Source: Lophium mytilinum (Eukaryota). From it: a stretch of DNA of 64,000 nt. This document shows positions 51,739 through 63,073 of this stretch, piece after piece. Location of the stretch: assembly GCA_010093605.1 (NCBI GenBank), contig MU004181.1, forward strand, positions 434,001 through 498,000, in the 5' to 3' direction. The notes beneath the pieces were generated by a model. The model made no database searches and was not told the origin of the DNA. It saw only the letters and a list, made by a program, of their open reading frames with translations. A program made the translations under genes and the position numbers. Position 1 is the first letter of the stretch, and each line of letters starts with the position of its first letter.

Positions 51739-53163
51739 ATGAGTGACACCAGCAGTACATCCGGAAGTGCTTGGTCAGACTCGGAGCCCGAGTTTGACTT
51801 CCCCCCGCATGATGGGTCCAGATCGGGACCATTTCAGCCAGCTGCACTCCCTGTCGGAGTCCCTATGCTTGGACTGAGTGCGGAAGCTTTGGCATCCATC
51901 TCACACCAGGACGAAGGCCCACTCATGCCGCTATGCAACTCCTGCTTCGAGGGCAAGAAGCCGACCCGGTTCATCCACACCTGTTGCAATCACGAGATAT
52001 GCAAGAAGTGTTTCATTCGGTGGATACAGCTATCAGAGCATCACGATTGCAGATGCCCGATCTGCAGAAAAACGTTCACGCTTGTGCAGGTACTCGGCGC
52101 ACAACTCTCTGGGCGGATGGTATCAGAAGCAACTGCAACAGAATTTCAAGAAATTGCAGTAAGTTGTTAAGCTCAAATCATTCTCTCTCTGGGCTGCCTG
52201 CTGATTGATTTGAATCAGGAACTTTATCATCAGCATCGCCCGCTCAAAGCTTTCTCGGAACACGCCGAGCTCGAACTGCTCGACAGCTTCAAACTCCCCG
52301 GTCCCTTCTACATTACGCATATCGAGCGTGGAGGGCACAAAATCAAAGGGACCTGCCGCCGCCCAGGCCGAGGAGAGAAAGAGTCCGACGTTGATCTGGC
52401 GAGAATGATGATGAAATATCGACAGCGACGTGCATACCACTTACGAAGGGGTCATGGCGACCGAAGCGTAGACATCCAGAAAGGGCTTGTCTGGGAGACG
52501 CTATACGGAGCCAATGCATTCAGCTTCGGGTCCTTCAGTACTCAGAACCAGGTCGATCGCTTCTCCAGGCATGCCTTTCGCTTGATGGACTTCATGGACG
52601 TCAATACTCTAGTTGGACGGGACGCACAAGAAGCCTTCCGGCAGCTGTGCGATCAATTAGCGGTCATACCGGTGACGTCTGCGAATGACTACCGGGAGTT
52701 GTTGCTCTCCGAAGACTGCATAGATGAATACCTCTGCCATTCTTTTGATTCCGGACATCGCAACTCGCTCGCCAATCTCCCAGGCCTCATCGACTTGGTA
52801 CTCCGTCTCGCCGCAAAGCTGATCTTTGCCATCCACACCAAGGGCTGGAACTTCGCTTTAGGAGGTTGGGGCCGTAACGCCCTCCGGTACAAATGGTCTT
52901 GTCCATTTGCTCACATTGTCCCGGGACACCGATATCCCTCCTCGCAGTTGAGTCGCACAGAGTGCACTCAAGACCAAAAGGATGTCGCACAAGCCCTTTT
53001 CATCAGAAAGTACGGAGAAATGGTCGAATCGATCAAAAATGAGCAAAACTTCTACGAGGCGTCCCCTGAGGAAGTTGCAGCCATCATACAACGATTCAGA
53101 CCTACTCGACCCGACCGCCTTTCACTGAAGCGGAAGCGTGAGGCGGCGGCTGGGCAGGGCTAG
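51739..53163 (+). CDS. RING-HC plus F-box-like domain protein R4, intact (exons 51739-52158, 52219-53163)
   Basis: CNSC..CCNHEICKKC..W..CPIC; GTAAGT..CTGAT..CAG phase-0 intron; WETLYGANAFSF..EDCIDEYL..LPGLIDLVLRLAAKLIFAI; C-terminal LKRKR. Confidence 0.85.
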
Positions 53164-54459
53164 GGTGGGGTCTGAGGGCAGATTGAGGGCTTCCAAGGAA
53201 AGAGAGAAAGCTTGAGAGGAAAAAGGGGTATTCTCGAGGCGTGTAAAAGCTTCTTGGGAAGTTGTAATAGTAATAATCGACCTGGGTGGACGTGATAAGA
53301 GGCTGAGGTGGATAGAAAAGGTTCTTTTTGTTTCACAGAGGGGTCCATAGCGCACAAATCCGTGAGCCTTAACATTGCGTTTCTGCAGCTACAATGTCAC
53401 CCACACGGCTACCCACACGGCTCAGGTACTGCTTTGGAAACTAGATGCCATTGTCAAAAGTGTCTCTTGTAGTCACGTAGCTGACATGTCAAAACGATGT
53501 CTGATTCGATGTCTGATTCTCAAGGCATCAGCTTCTACACGTCATGAAGACAAGGCAGGCCTTCAAAAGGCTCCCTTGTACTCGCTCGAACAGTATTCTT
53601 CTCACTCAATACCACCGCCAGGGGCGGCCTAACCAGGAGGTTGAGATTCAAGCAAGACGAATTCAGACTCTCATTGCGTGACTAAGTTCGTTGCGATATC
53701 CCCTGCGATGGCAGGAAATTCAGGTCCGATGGTAGAATATTTCCATTGATACCGAGTGCAGCGTCCATCCGAAGGCACATATATATTTCCATGAGCCCCC
53801 AACAATGAAAATCATGCCCTCATAGACTTGATAAATCATATGCTACTGATGAAGAACACACAGCTGCAACCTTTAATGAAAAAGCATAGAATGCTCTCGG
53901 GAAAGGTATCCTACGAATGACTCGGCCCTCTACTCTACCCTTCTTTCTCTCCCTTCAGCTTGCAGCTGTGCTTGATAATCTTTGATACCTACGTACCATC
54001 GTTCGAGTTTCGCCGAAATATCCCATCTGAATGCCAAAACACGAACACCGCTGCAGAGCTGACATTCGCCACCGGTTTGCTAGACGCTTCATTCCAGTGG
54101 TCTCTTACATAATGGAGGAGGGTATCAAGCGCGAATAGCATTACATCCTACCATCGAGGTGGTTCAGGAGCATTGTAGTCTCTTTTCACAACAACATCAC
54201 TGCTTGAGGTACGTCAGCCGTCCCGAACACTCCGAGCTAATCTATCTTGCCCGTCCGCAGAAATTGACCTACGTGCTGAATACTCGAACAGCTAATCCAT
54301 ATACAATTTTTCGCTTCCTATATAAGATCTTTTTCCTTGCATCTTTCCCGTGCGATATCACGGTCGGAATTGCCTCAATCATGCTTGAAAGCTGGGGGCT
54401 ATCAACTCTCTCAAAACGATATAATCTGGACTCCACCATGACTTCCTCCGGACGATGAC

Positions 54460-55506
54460 ACATGGCAGCATCCGTCTTCATCTATCGGTGGTCCGTCGGC
54501 GAGGTCCTTGCGGGGTATCTTTCCGGCAGGATGCTGCGGACTTTGGTAAGACGCCACGCCCAAAACGACTACTCTTTGAATACTACTAGCACATATAGGT
54601 TCTATATCGAAACTAGTTCAGGTCCGAGGACCTTCCACAGGCACTGAAGCCCGACATCTCCGCCGCCGTAACACTACTAGCTACATTAAGGTCAGCACAG
54701 TAGACGGGAGGGACAACCAACTCGTAGGCCAGTGCAGGGATGGCAATCGACCAGAATTTAGCGTGAACCTGATCCGACTCTTCGACCAAGTCCGGGAGTA
54801 CGAATACGGAGGCTGGTGGAAGATCCCCACAGTGCAGCGAGACTTCTTCCTTGAGCCCATGTACCGCCTCAACGTCTTTTCGTTTCCTACACCTGCTGCC
54901 GCGGACGCATTACGTCAACTGAACCAGAAGAGTTATGACTGGATCGAGGAGATCGCGGTCACCACTCTGTCCTATAATCCAGTCACGAGTGGTTTCGCGT
55001 TTCAGCTACTTTGTAACACCATAGCGGGGAAGCGACCAGAATCCCTCTACCGAATCCGAGTCACACCCGCTTGTGTAGACGAGTACCTACGATATCAGTA
55101 CGACTGCGCGGAAAGAGACCTTTTTCACCAATTTCCCCGCATTGTGGAAGTAATCATCCTGCGCGCAACCCGGGTAATAATGGCAATTCGGAACAACGGG
55201 TGGAGCATCGCCATCGAGTTGGACGCCAGCGGAATGAGTACTGAGCCCATCTGGCATGAGCACGAGGATGGCACCGGCCACTACTCGCACGAAGAGTCGA
55301 CCCGATTGATAAAGGACTACGAGCAGTCATGTTTCCAAGGCCGGTATAACGAGGTGGAGAAATTACTCCTTGGCCATGACATGGATGCTCTCAGCGTCTC
55401 TGAAATCCGGGAGATTATTGGAATGTCTGCCGGGTGGTTGGAAGAGGGCCAGGAGGGAGCGCAAGAGATTTTGTGGCAGCAGCGGATCCATGATAATTTC
55501 GTGTAG
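54460..55506 (+). pseudogene. Family member R5; RING decayed, stop and frameshift early in exon 2
   Basis: WSVGEVLAGYLSGRML aligns to the post-RING motif; intron 54546-54598; TAG near 54615; EPMYRLNVFSF..ACVDEYL..FPRIVEVIILRATRVIMAI. Confidence 0.7.
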
Positions 55507-55642
55507 ATGCTTTATCTGGCTAGAAAACGTTAATTAGAAGGTTCGAGAACGTCTACATACCTTGAAACTCTGCACGTCACCGTGGAGTGCCAGCCTACCT
55601 TGTGTCAGTGCAGATGCCTCGATGACATGGTATACAGTGACA

Positions 55643-55852
55643 GGCCACAAGTCTGGGCACACTGGTACGCCATTGCTTGGAGGCCCCCGCAGGACTTCGA
55701 AGACTCAAGGGCAATGTCAAGCTTTAGGCTGTACATATTAGACTGCCTTTTGACTCACTGCCTGCTCAATAGCCAAGCCACCCCCAACAGTGGTGTTGTG
55801 TGGGCAAGTTCGAGCCGAGTCCGTGTGCCCAGCTTGTGGCCTAGGACTGTAG
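55643..55852 (-). repeat. Dispersed ~200-bp hairpin-like element, copy 2, with ~22-bp terminal inverted repeats
   Basis: GGCCACAAGTCTGGGCACACTGG (55643) and CCGTGTGCCCAGCTTGTGGCC (55821-55841); the interior matches copies 1 and 3. Confidence 0.8.
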
Positions 55853-56193
55853 CAAGCAAACATCGGGTGTAGGTATGCAACCTGTTTGCTCAATAATTGG
55901 GGTACAGGTTGCTCACAGTTCTGATAAAGAAGGTAAATCAACGGCAACTGAATCATATGCTGAATAAGTTGGCATAACTTAATGCCCACTTGGGATGTAA
56001 GCTCTGGTTTCTCTAGGCTAGATTGTCAGACCAGCGAGCCTCGCCGTATCATTACTAGGGTTAGAAAGCATGCAAGTAGGAAACCCCATTTCAGTCTATC
56101 TACTACCTGGACCCAGTGCCTCCGCGATTAGGTGTCCCCCGCCCATATCTTTCTTACCGCTTCCTGACATATATACTACACGTGCGTCCTAAT

Positions 56194-57838
56194 CTAGTCT
56201 AGTCCGATCTTCTTGCGCTTTGTCGCCGAGTCATCTCCTCCATGCGATGCATCGATATTGAATGCCTCCTCCGCAGCGCGTTTGCGGTCGTCGTGGTTTG
56301 TAGAGCTATCTTCTGTGGCTGCCAGTGGTGTCTCAATACTGGCTCGCGTAGTCGCTTGTGCTTCGAGAGTCCTCAGAAGTTCGAGGAAGTGATCGAGCTC
56401 CTCGAGAAGGAATTCATTGTCCTTGTCCGTCAACGTCTCGGCTAGAAACTTATCATCGTTTTCATCCTCCTCGTCACTAGTATCATCCTCGGAATTCTCA
56501 TCCTCAGAACTCTCTTCCTCAGAACTCTCTTCCTCGGCGTCATCCCCAGACATTTCTTCGCTGGTTCTATGCTCAGAGCCTTCAAAGCTAACCTCTTCCT
56601 CGGAATTCTTTTCTCGGTCGAGTGCGTGTCGTTTCTCTTGTAAGAGCCGTGCTAGCTCTTGGGCTTCTCGCACTACGCTCTGGAGGATCTCGTCCGTAGG
56701 TTTGATCTTGAGCTCCTGACCCGCAAATATCGATCCCACTAGGACGAGTTTCGCCTTCAAACGACGAGGTATGCTGGTAGGATCCTCGGGTTGATCTATA
56801 TGGCCAGGCTTGCGCAAGCGTGGCGGGATAAAATCCTTGGGAACTTGCACGAGGTTCTCCCAAAGAGCTTTGTCTTTAGCGGCGAGCAACGGAAGTGCAG
56901 CTACGGCGAGAGTCGTGGTGAAAGCGTCAATGGCTGGATCCTTGCTCACATTGTAGTCAGGGTCTTCACACAGGTAGTCGTCGACAGCCATAGAGTAGAT
57001 ACGGATCGACCGGAAAGACTTGGCCTTCGCGAGGATTACAGCGAGCTTTGCGACGTCGAGGCGGCCTTCGTCGCCGTAGTCAAGACGTTGCATCTCTACC
57101 TTCTCCAGCTGGTCGAAGTTGTCTCTATTCAGATTGCGGAGAAAGTGTCCTACCGTCCCGTCATCTAGACGGAACGTATTGACTCTGTAGTGAGCCTCTA
57201 GGAACAGGCATTGGAGCTGGGGGTCCGCTGGCTGGCCATCCTTGGTTCGGTATTGCTCCAGAGGCTCCACCAGGCTCACTCTGTAGTGTTCGCCATCGAA
57301 GTTGTCAGGGTACCACTCGTGATCGGATGACTCGTAGGCGAAGCCCATCCACTGACTATGTTGAATTGTGCCATGCTCTATGCGGCGTACCTCCATGGGA
57401 CCTTTGAGTCTCACAGAATCTTCCATGTCGGCTTTCACATCGTTCGGCAAGTCCTCGTACCGTGCATACGCAACACGAGGATCCTGCTGAACGGTCAGTC
57501 GTGCCGCATGAGTATTTTGCCGCTAATCCTACCGATGTCTTGAAGTCCTGGCGGGAAAGTCGCACACGTAGGACGTTGCTGAGCGTGAAATGATCTCGGC
57601 AGTGGGGGCAAATGGTCTTCCTATTTGTCCATCGCGCTAGACAGCGAGAACCGATCTTTCTCTTGCAGCAGGTCGTCTGGATCTGTTCAGTGTGCGCATC
57701 GTCTTCATAGTCCTCCAGGCAGATAAGGCATCCCTCATCCTCATCCTCCAAAGACGATGTAGTAGCCGCACCATCATTAGCATCATCATTTGAAGGGTTT
57801 ATAGGCGCATCAACGGCTTGATCTTCCTTTTCCGGCAT
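56194..57838 (-). CDS. Variant RING plus F-box-like domain protein R6 with acidic tract and KRKK, intact (exons 57838-57533, 57486-56194)
   Basis: CLIC..CCKRKIGSRC..W..CPHC; phase-0 intron; YEDLPNDVKADM..LEAHYRVNTF..AVDDYL. Confidence 0.85.
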
Positions 57839-59528
57839 CTTCTCGGCGGGGTCGGGGCGGGAGGCGATGTTCGAGTTCTGGCGTCGATGGTGTAAGATTT
57901 AGTGTTTCAATTCTGTCCGGGTCCGGAGTTTTTGACAGCGTCCGTGCTCATCGTGATCCCAGACGGGTGCAAAGCGTACGTAAGCAATGGGAAAGTCATA
58001 CATTGATAATACATACAGCTGTATATAGCCCTAGTCTACCGACGCGGCTGCATTTTCATTAGCCTGTTAAGCCAGCGATACAATGCGCCTGAAAGTAGCT
58101 CAAAAGGCAACCAACTCTAAGGTCACATGCCTATATGTTTACAGCCGTTGATGAGCAACATGATTTTACCATTCAGTCTACTACGTGGCTCGGATCTTCG
58201 CGCTGTCGGCAAATCGAGCTCCACGACTTTCAAACTTCTAAGTCTGCTTTACCAGCACGCAGAACCCTCGTCTTTGCACCGCAATGGCAACAAATCTACA
58301 CGCTGCAGTCTCAAGCGATCTATAAGCTCAAGGCGGGGAGGCGAGTTTTGGTCATCCGCCTTTAGACAACAAGACTTTCTAACTCGGCACAGGGCCAGAC
58401 GGATACGTCTCCTAGGGACAAATTCGATCTTACAAACCTCTCCGCGACGGATCCTTCACTCGCGCCCCACGCTGAGATCGCGCTGGAACCAATGCTACCT
58501 AGTCTGAACAGCTCGGATGTCCAACGTGGCGAAAAGAAGCCCAAATACTTGGAGAAGGTTGGTAGGCTAGGTAGTCACATTATGAACTCTCTTCAATGCG
58601 AATTCCTACGTAATACCTTCGGCTTCAGAATCTCCTCAACTGTGGTATTGGTTTGATGACCGTTATGTAGATCTTGGGCTCCCCTGATCTTTCGTTCTCA
58701 TATGGGCGCATGATGTACTTTCTTGAGGGTGTGAATAAGAATAAGTAAGCTGAGATTTCTTTGATACATTTGAGACATCCCAAACCATTTCAATTCCTCT
58801 CATCCAATCTTAAGCGTTCATGGCCATGATTCGGCACAGCGGTGTGACTCTTTTGCATAACTACTTGGAAGTCTCCCAGCAGACTCGTCGCCGTCCCTGG
58901 CTGAATACTCATTTAATAACAGTTCAAATCTTACCAAATAGGTTGTTGATTAGGAAAGACCCTTTTCGGTTTGAGACAACTTAGGCAGCATTTGTCAGGT
59001 AGAAAAAAGGCGCGTATCCGCGCATCTCCAAGTCATACTTCAAATGTGACATTCCATCTCACATCCAAAGATCCCTACAGGGCACCTCTGACAGTGCTAG
59101 TGGGGCGAAAAGGTTCGTGGTTCAACAAATTGATATCCAGCACCTTGAGCTTCCATTCTCACTTTGGAACCGGATAGAATAATTCAATATCTATTGAGGT
59201 AGGCCAAACAACACCGAAAATCTGGAAAACAAGTTGATCAGGAGTGCTCCAAAACAGTTTCCACCTTCATGAATTTGAATACGTCATAGTTCAGTACGGA
59301 CTTGAGTAGATTTGTACCCCGATGGGCACTCTTCGGATCCTGCGCGCAGCAATAGTGAAGATGCAAAAAGGTGAAGTTACAGGCCCGTGCGTCTCTTTTC
59401 TCTACTATGTCAGCTCGAAAGCGTCATGTCTATCTTCTTTCCTTGTCCGAAAGTCCTCATCATCCTCCTACGCATTGCTCAAAAAAGCACCAAAAGCACA
59501 CAAAACCTACACACAAAACCTACACACA

Positions 59529-59918
59529 ATGTCCACAAACAACCACGCCGACGATCACGAAGACCCCGCCGAGCAGCCGGCCGAGCATGATGCGGAGGCG
59601 CAAGTGGGACTTCTGTACCAACTCGACCCCCCCGAGGCCACCAGCATGGAGGAAGCCTGGGTCTGGAACGACCATTGGTGCAAAGAGGAGACAGAGACGC
59701 AGGCAAAGATGCACAAGTACTACCAGAAGTACAAGATGGGTACGTTCTCCTGCATTGTGTGGCCCTAATCTCACGTAATTGACGTTTTTGTAGAAAACGA
59801 GCTCGCGAAGGTCCGCATGGAGTACCTCGCCCCCGGCCCCTCCACATCAGCCCCAACTGAGACACGTTGGTGGCGTCGCGTGTTCGGCCTCAAGGGGTAC
59901 CAGCGCCTGGCCGACTGA
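59529..59918 (+). CDS. Small orphan protein, 2 exons (59529-59739, 59794-59918)
   Basis: C/A-rich leader; GTACGT..TAG intron gives MSTNNHADD...KYKM-ENELAKVRMEY...RWWRRVFGLKGYQRLAD*. Confidence 0.8.
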
Positions 59919-60174
59919 AGGGCGCGGTATCGAACAGTCCTACAGCACGCGAATGGGGTAGACGTCCGTGGGTTAGGCTTGGCGGCTTAGATTGGAGTGT
60001 GCGAGAGAGATAGAGTAGAAAAGGCTCGCGAACCTAGATCTTATGTACGGTGTTTTGGAGCTGCTGGGCGGAGTCTAGGGGCGGAAGATTGATCTATCAC
60101 CAACGACAGTCGTGGGGCTCGGGCGGCCTGGAATGAAGTCTTTTGCTGCCTTGATATGAGATTGCTCCGGAAAT

Positions 60175-60535
60175 TGCTCTGGATCTGTGATTGCGACATT
60201 AATGGTATATGAATTTCCATCTGCTTGCCGCCGTCTGAGTTGTACCTTGACCGGGTTCAAATCCAGATTTCAATGTCAAATTTCCAAAGGTACAACCTAG
60301 ACAACCGTCATTTACTATTCTAGATCCGTGATGGTGACATTGAGGATGTATGATTTTCCCTCGGCATACCGCCGTCTGAGGTGTACTTTCCTCCGATTAA
60401 AATGTAGATATCAATGTCCAATACCCAAACGTCAAAATTAGAAAACTGCCATTACCCTGCTCCAGGTCTGCGATCTTGACATTAATGATGTACGATTTTC
60501 CTTCGGTATACCACCGTCTGAGGTGTACCTCCCCA
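60175..60535 (+). repeat. Degenerate tandem array, ~141-bp period, 3 units
   Basis: CCGTCTGAG(T/G)TGTAC at 60231, 60372 and 60514; GACATT(A/G)A and TCAATGTC blocks also repeat. Confidence 0.85.
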
Positions 60536-60551
60536 GGATGCAGACCGAGAT

Positions 60552-61316
60552 TTAGATCCTCTGCGCTCCAGCATCCTTAAGCCCTTGAGTAAAGTCTTCC
60601 TTGAGCCTGCCAATTTCCTCATCAATAACCTCGTCCGGTGCTTCCATACTCCAATAGCGTACGTTCAACTCAGAGCAAGTCGCGAGAAAATGAAACACCT
60701 TGACAAGATCCACTTCCTCCGGAGCCCCAAGACGTAGAACGGTTTTAGGATCCTGGAGACTGCCCGGCTTTTCCAGGAGCTTTCGACAGTTTTTCAGAAC
60801 TCTCTTCATAGCATCAGCACCCATCTCATGCAGTCTGTTGCGTACCCACGCTTCCGGCATGCCCTCATACATCTGTAAAAAGTGTCGATGAACATAAATC
60901 TTGGGACAAAGCTCTAGCACGGCAAGATCTTCCATTTCCCGGACCAAATCCCACGTATGCATGAGATGCTGAGCTTTCCCCTTGGGTATACCCATCCTCA
61001 GATATCGGATGCTGTTGAACATGTCCGGCCGAAGCCTCCGAAGAAAGACATTCATGGCCATGGAGCTCCGAAAATAGAATGTATTCTTCCTGTAGAATTC
61101 CTCTCCAATGACACGGCGTAGTCTCTTGTTGATCCCGAGCAGAGATGGAAGATTTTCAAGTGACGATTTGCTTTCCTTAGGCCACATGTCCTCGTTCAAA
61201 GTCCACGGGCCTTTCGGCGAGTTGACTTTGATCTCTTTGTTGAAGACTATCAGATCGCTGGATATGGGAAGCAAAAGCTCATCCGGGAGCTTCATTAGCC
61301 CCTTGTTGATGCACAT
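60552..61316 (-). CDS. F-box-like (DUF7730-style) protein, 254 aa
   Basis: LMKLPDELLLPI..LLGINKRLRR..EEFYRKNTFYF..FLRRL..IRYLRM. Confidence 0.8.
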   Translation of the reverse strand: MCINKGLMKLPDELLLPISSDLIVFNKEIKVNSPKGPWTLNEDMWPKESKSSLENLPSLLGINKRLRRVIGEEFYRKNTFYFRSSMAMNVFLRRLRPDMFNSIRYLRMGIPKGKAQHLMHTWDLVREMEDLAVLELCPKIYVHRHFLQMYEGMPEAWVRNRLHEMGADAMKRVLKNCRKLLEKPGSLQDPKTVLRLGAPEEVDLVKVFHFLATCSELNVRYWSMEAPDEVIDEEIGRLKEDFTQGLKDAGAQRI

Positions 61317-61985
61317 TTGGCGAATTTAGGGGTGTTTGAGGGGATCGTCGCGTAGTTATATCTTGATGGAGGCACCGGATTGCTTTACTTCGCATTAGAA
61401 TCTTCTGGCTCTAGAAGCAAACCCCATAGCTTTCTAGAAAGAGAGTTCGTGTTTGGCAATCATAGGTTAGAGAATACTTCTGCAAAGAACCGGACACTAC
61501 TGCACTTGGGCATGTGTCTGGGCACACGAGCATCACCTTTGAAAGCTAGACGTCACTGTAAGGAGTATCCCGAATACTAGTCGGATAGCCCGGCAAAGGC
61601 ACAGTCGAATAGTAGCCCTATTACCATTATGTAGACTCGACATCGTATTTGGAATTCAAGAAGTCAGTCGGGACGCCCCAAGCAGATGTATCTAGTGCCG
61701 CATCTTGCGATATGGTATAACCATGATATTCTTCCTCTTATTTTAACATTCAAGTAGCTACTATGTGCATAGCCGCCGCGACTGCCATATAAAAAATCTC
61801 TTTTAAGTAGGCGGCTCAGGATCTCCCCAGATCAGTCCAGAAAGCGGGCCTCGCTCTGATCTGCGTTATCGAGATATTCTAGAAGGCCAATGCTAGTTCG
61901 CGGGCCCACCGAAAAGAAGCTATGCCTCAAACAAATACGAGCCAACACTAGTCAAGCTGTACGGTAGGCATCTCCACCCTAACCC

Positions 61986-62765
61986 ATGGCAAAGCTGCTC
62001 AGCTTTCCCGAAGAGCTGCGCATTGTCATTCTCAAAAACATCGTAGTTTCGGATGACCCGATAAGATCAGAAATATGGACGTCCAAATCACTGGCCTCAA
62101 ATACCAGATGGCGGACTTCCGACGAGTACTATGCTAAAGCTCGCAAGTTCAGGTCCGACGTCTTATCAACTTTCGAGACTCCGGGACTATCACACCTTGC
62201 GAGAGAGATCTTCTACAAACAAAACACCTTCGATTTCTCCAACATGATACATTTTCATCTCTTCCTCACGGCGACGACGGCCTTGGGGTCCCTTCAGGGA
62301 CCCGGAATCGACCAGACGTGGATTAGGCGCATCGTGGTCTGGGTGACGCCTTCGGAGGCGCCTTTCATTAGGAATTGGTGGCAAGATTTGAGAAGGTGTG
62401 GAGACCTAGAGAGCTTGGTATTCGTATTGAAACCATCCTTCCCGTACTTTGGCGTACCGCACAACCAGCTGCAAGGAAATCCTTTCCTAGGAGTACTTGC
62501 TGACCTAGCTCGTGCTCGGTATGCAGAAAGTGCGCTGAGGCTGCAAGACGATCTGCTGGCAAACAGCGAGGGATTTGTGAAGGAGCCGGGTAGAGTGCGA
62601 AGCCCAAAGAGCGTGCTTCAATTCAGCTTGAATGAGAACGATGTGTTCATGCGGCTTGATATGGGAGAGTGTAAGACTAGCCGTACGGAAGAAAGCCTCC
62701 GAGACCAGATATTGGATGTGAACCGGAGGTTTGAAAGTGCGACGATGGAGTTGCTTACTGCATAA
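61986..62765 (+). CDS. F-box-like (DUF7730-style) protein, 259 aa
   Basis: LLSFPEELRIVILKNI..AREIFYKQNTFDF..FHLFL..IRRIVV..LESLVF. Confidence 0.8.
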   Translation: MAKLLSFPEELRIVILKNIVVSDDPIRSEIWTSKSLASNTRWRTSDEYYAKARKFRSDVLSTFETPGLSHLAREIFYKQNTFDFSNMIHFHLFLTATTALGSLQGPGIDQTWIRRIVVWVTPSEAPFIRNWWQDLRRCGDLESLVFVLKPSFPYFGVPHNQLQGNPFLGVLADLARARYAESALRLQDDLLANSEGFVKEPGRVRSPKSVLQFSLNENDVFMRLDMGECKTSRTEESLRDQILDVNRRFESATMELLTA

Positions 62766-63073
62766 GTTCTACAGGATGCTCTACGCTTCGTTAGTGTTTT
62801 GTAGTAAAGCGTTCATGATGGAATTACTTGCGAATTGAGAATTAAAATGACTGGACATAGATGTAAATGCCAGATATACTGCGCGGGAGTGCCTCCATAC
62901 TCACTCTGCGTCTCGTGAATCATCCTGATCCTGATAGGGCTACGCTAAGGGCGGAGCATCTCCCGGTGGGCATTCACTCAACAGCTCAAGCTACAGTTTT
63001 GTCCACCTAGCATGCCGTCAAAGCAAAACACCTGCTCCTTACAACTACCATCACTCTGACCCTCGTCATCCAA

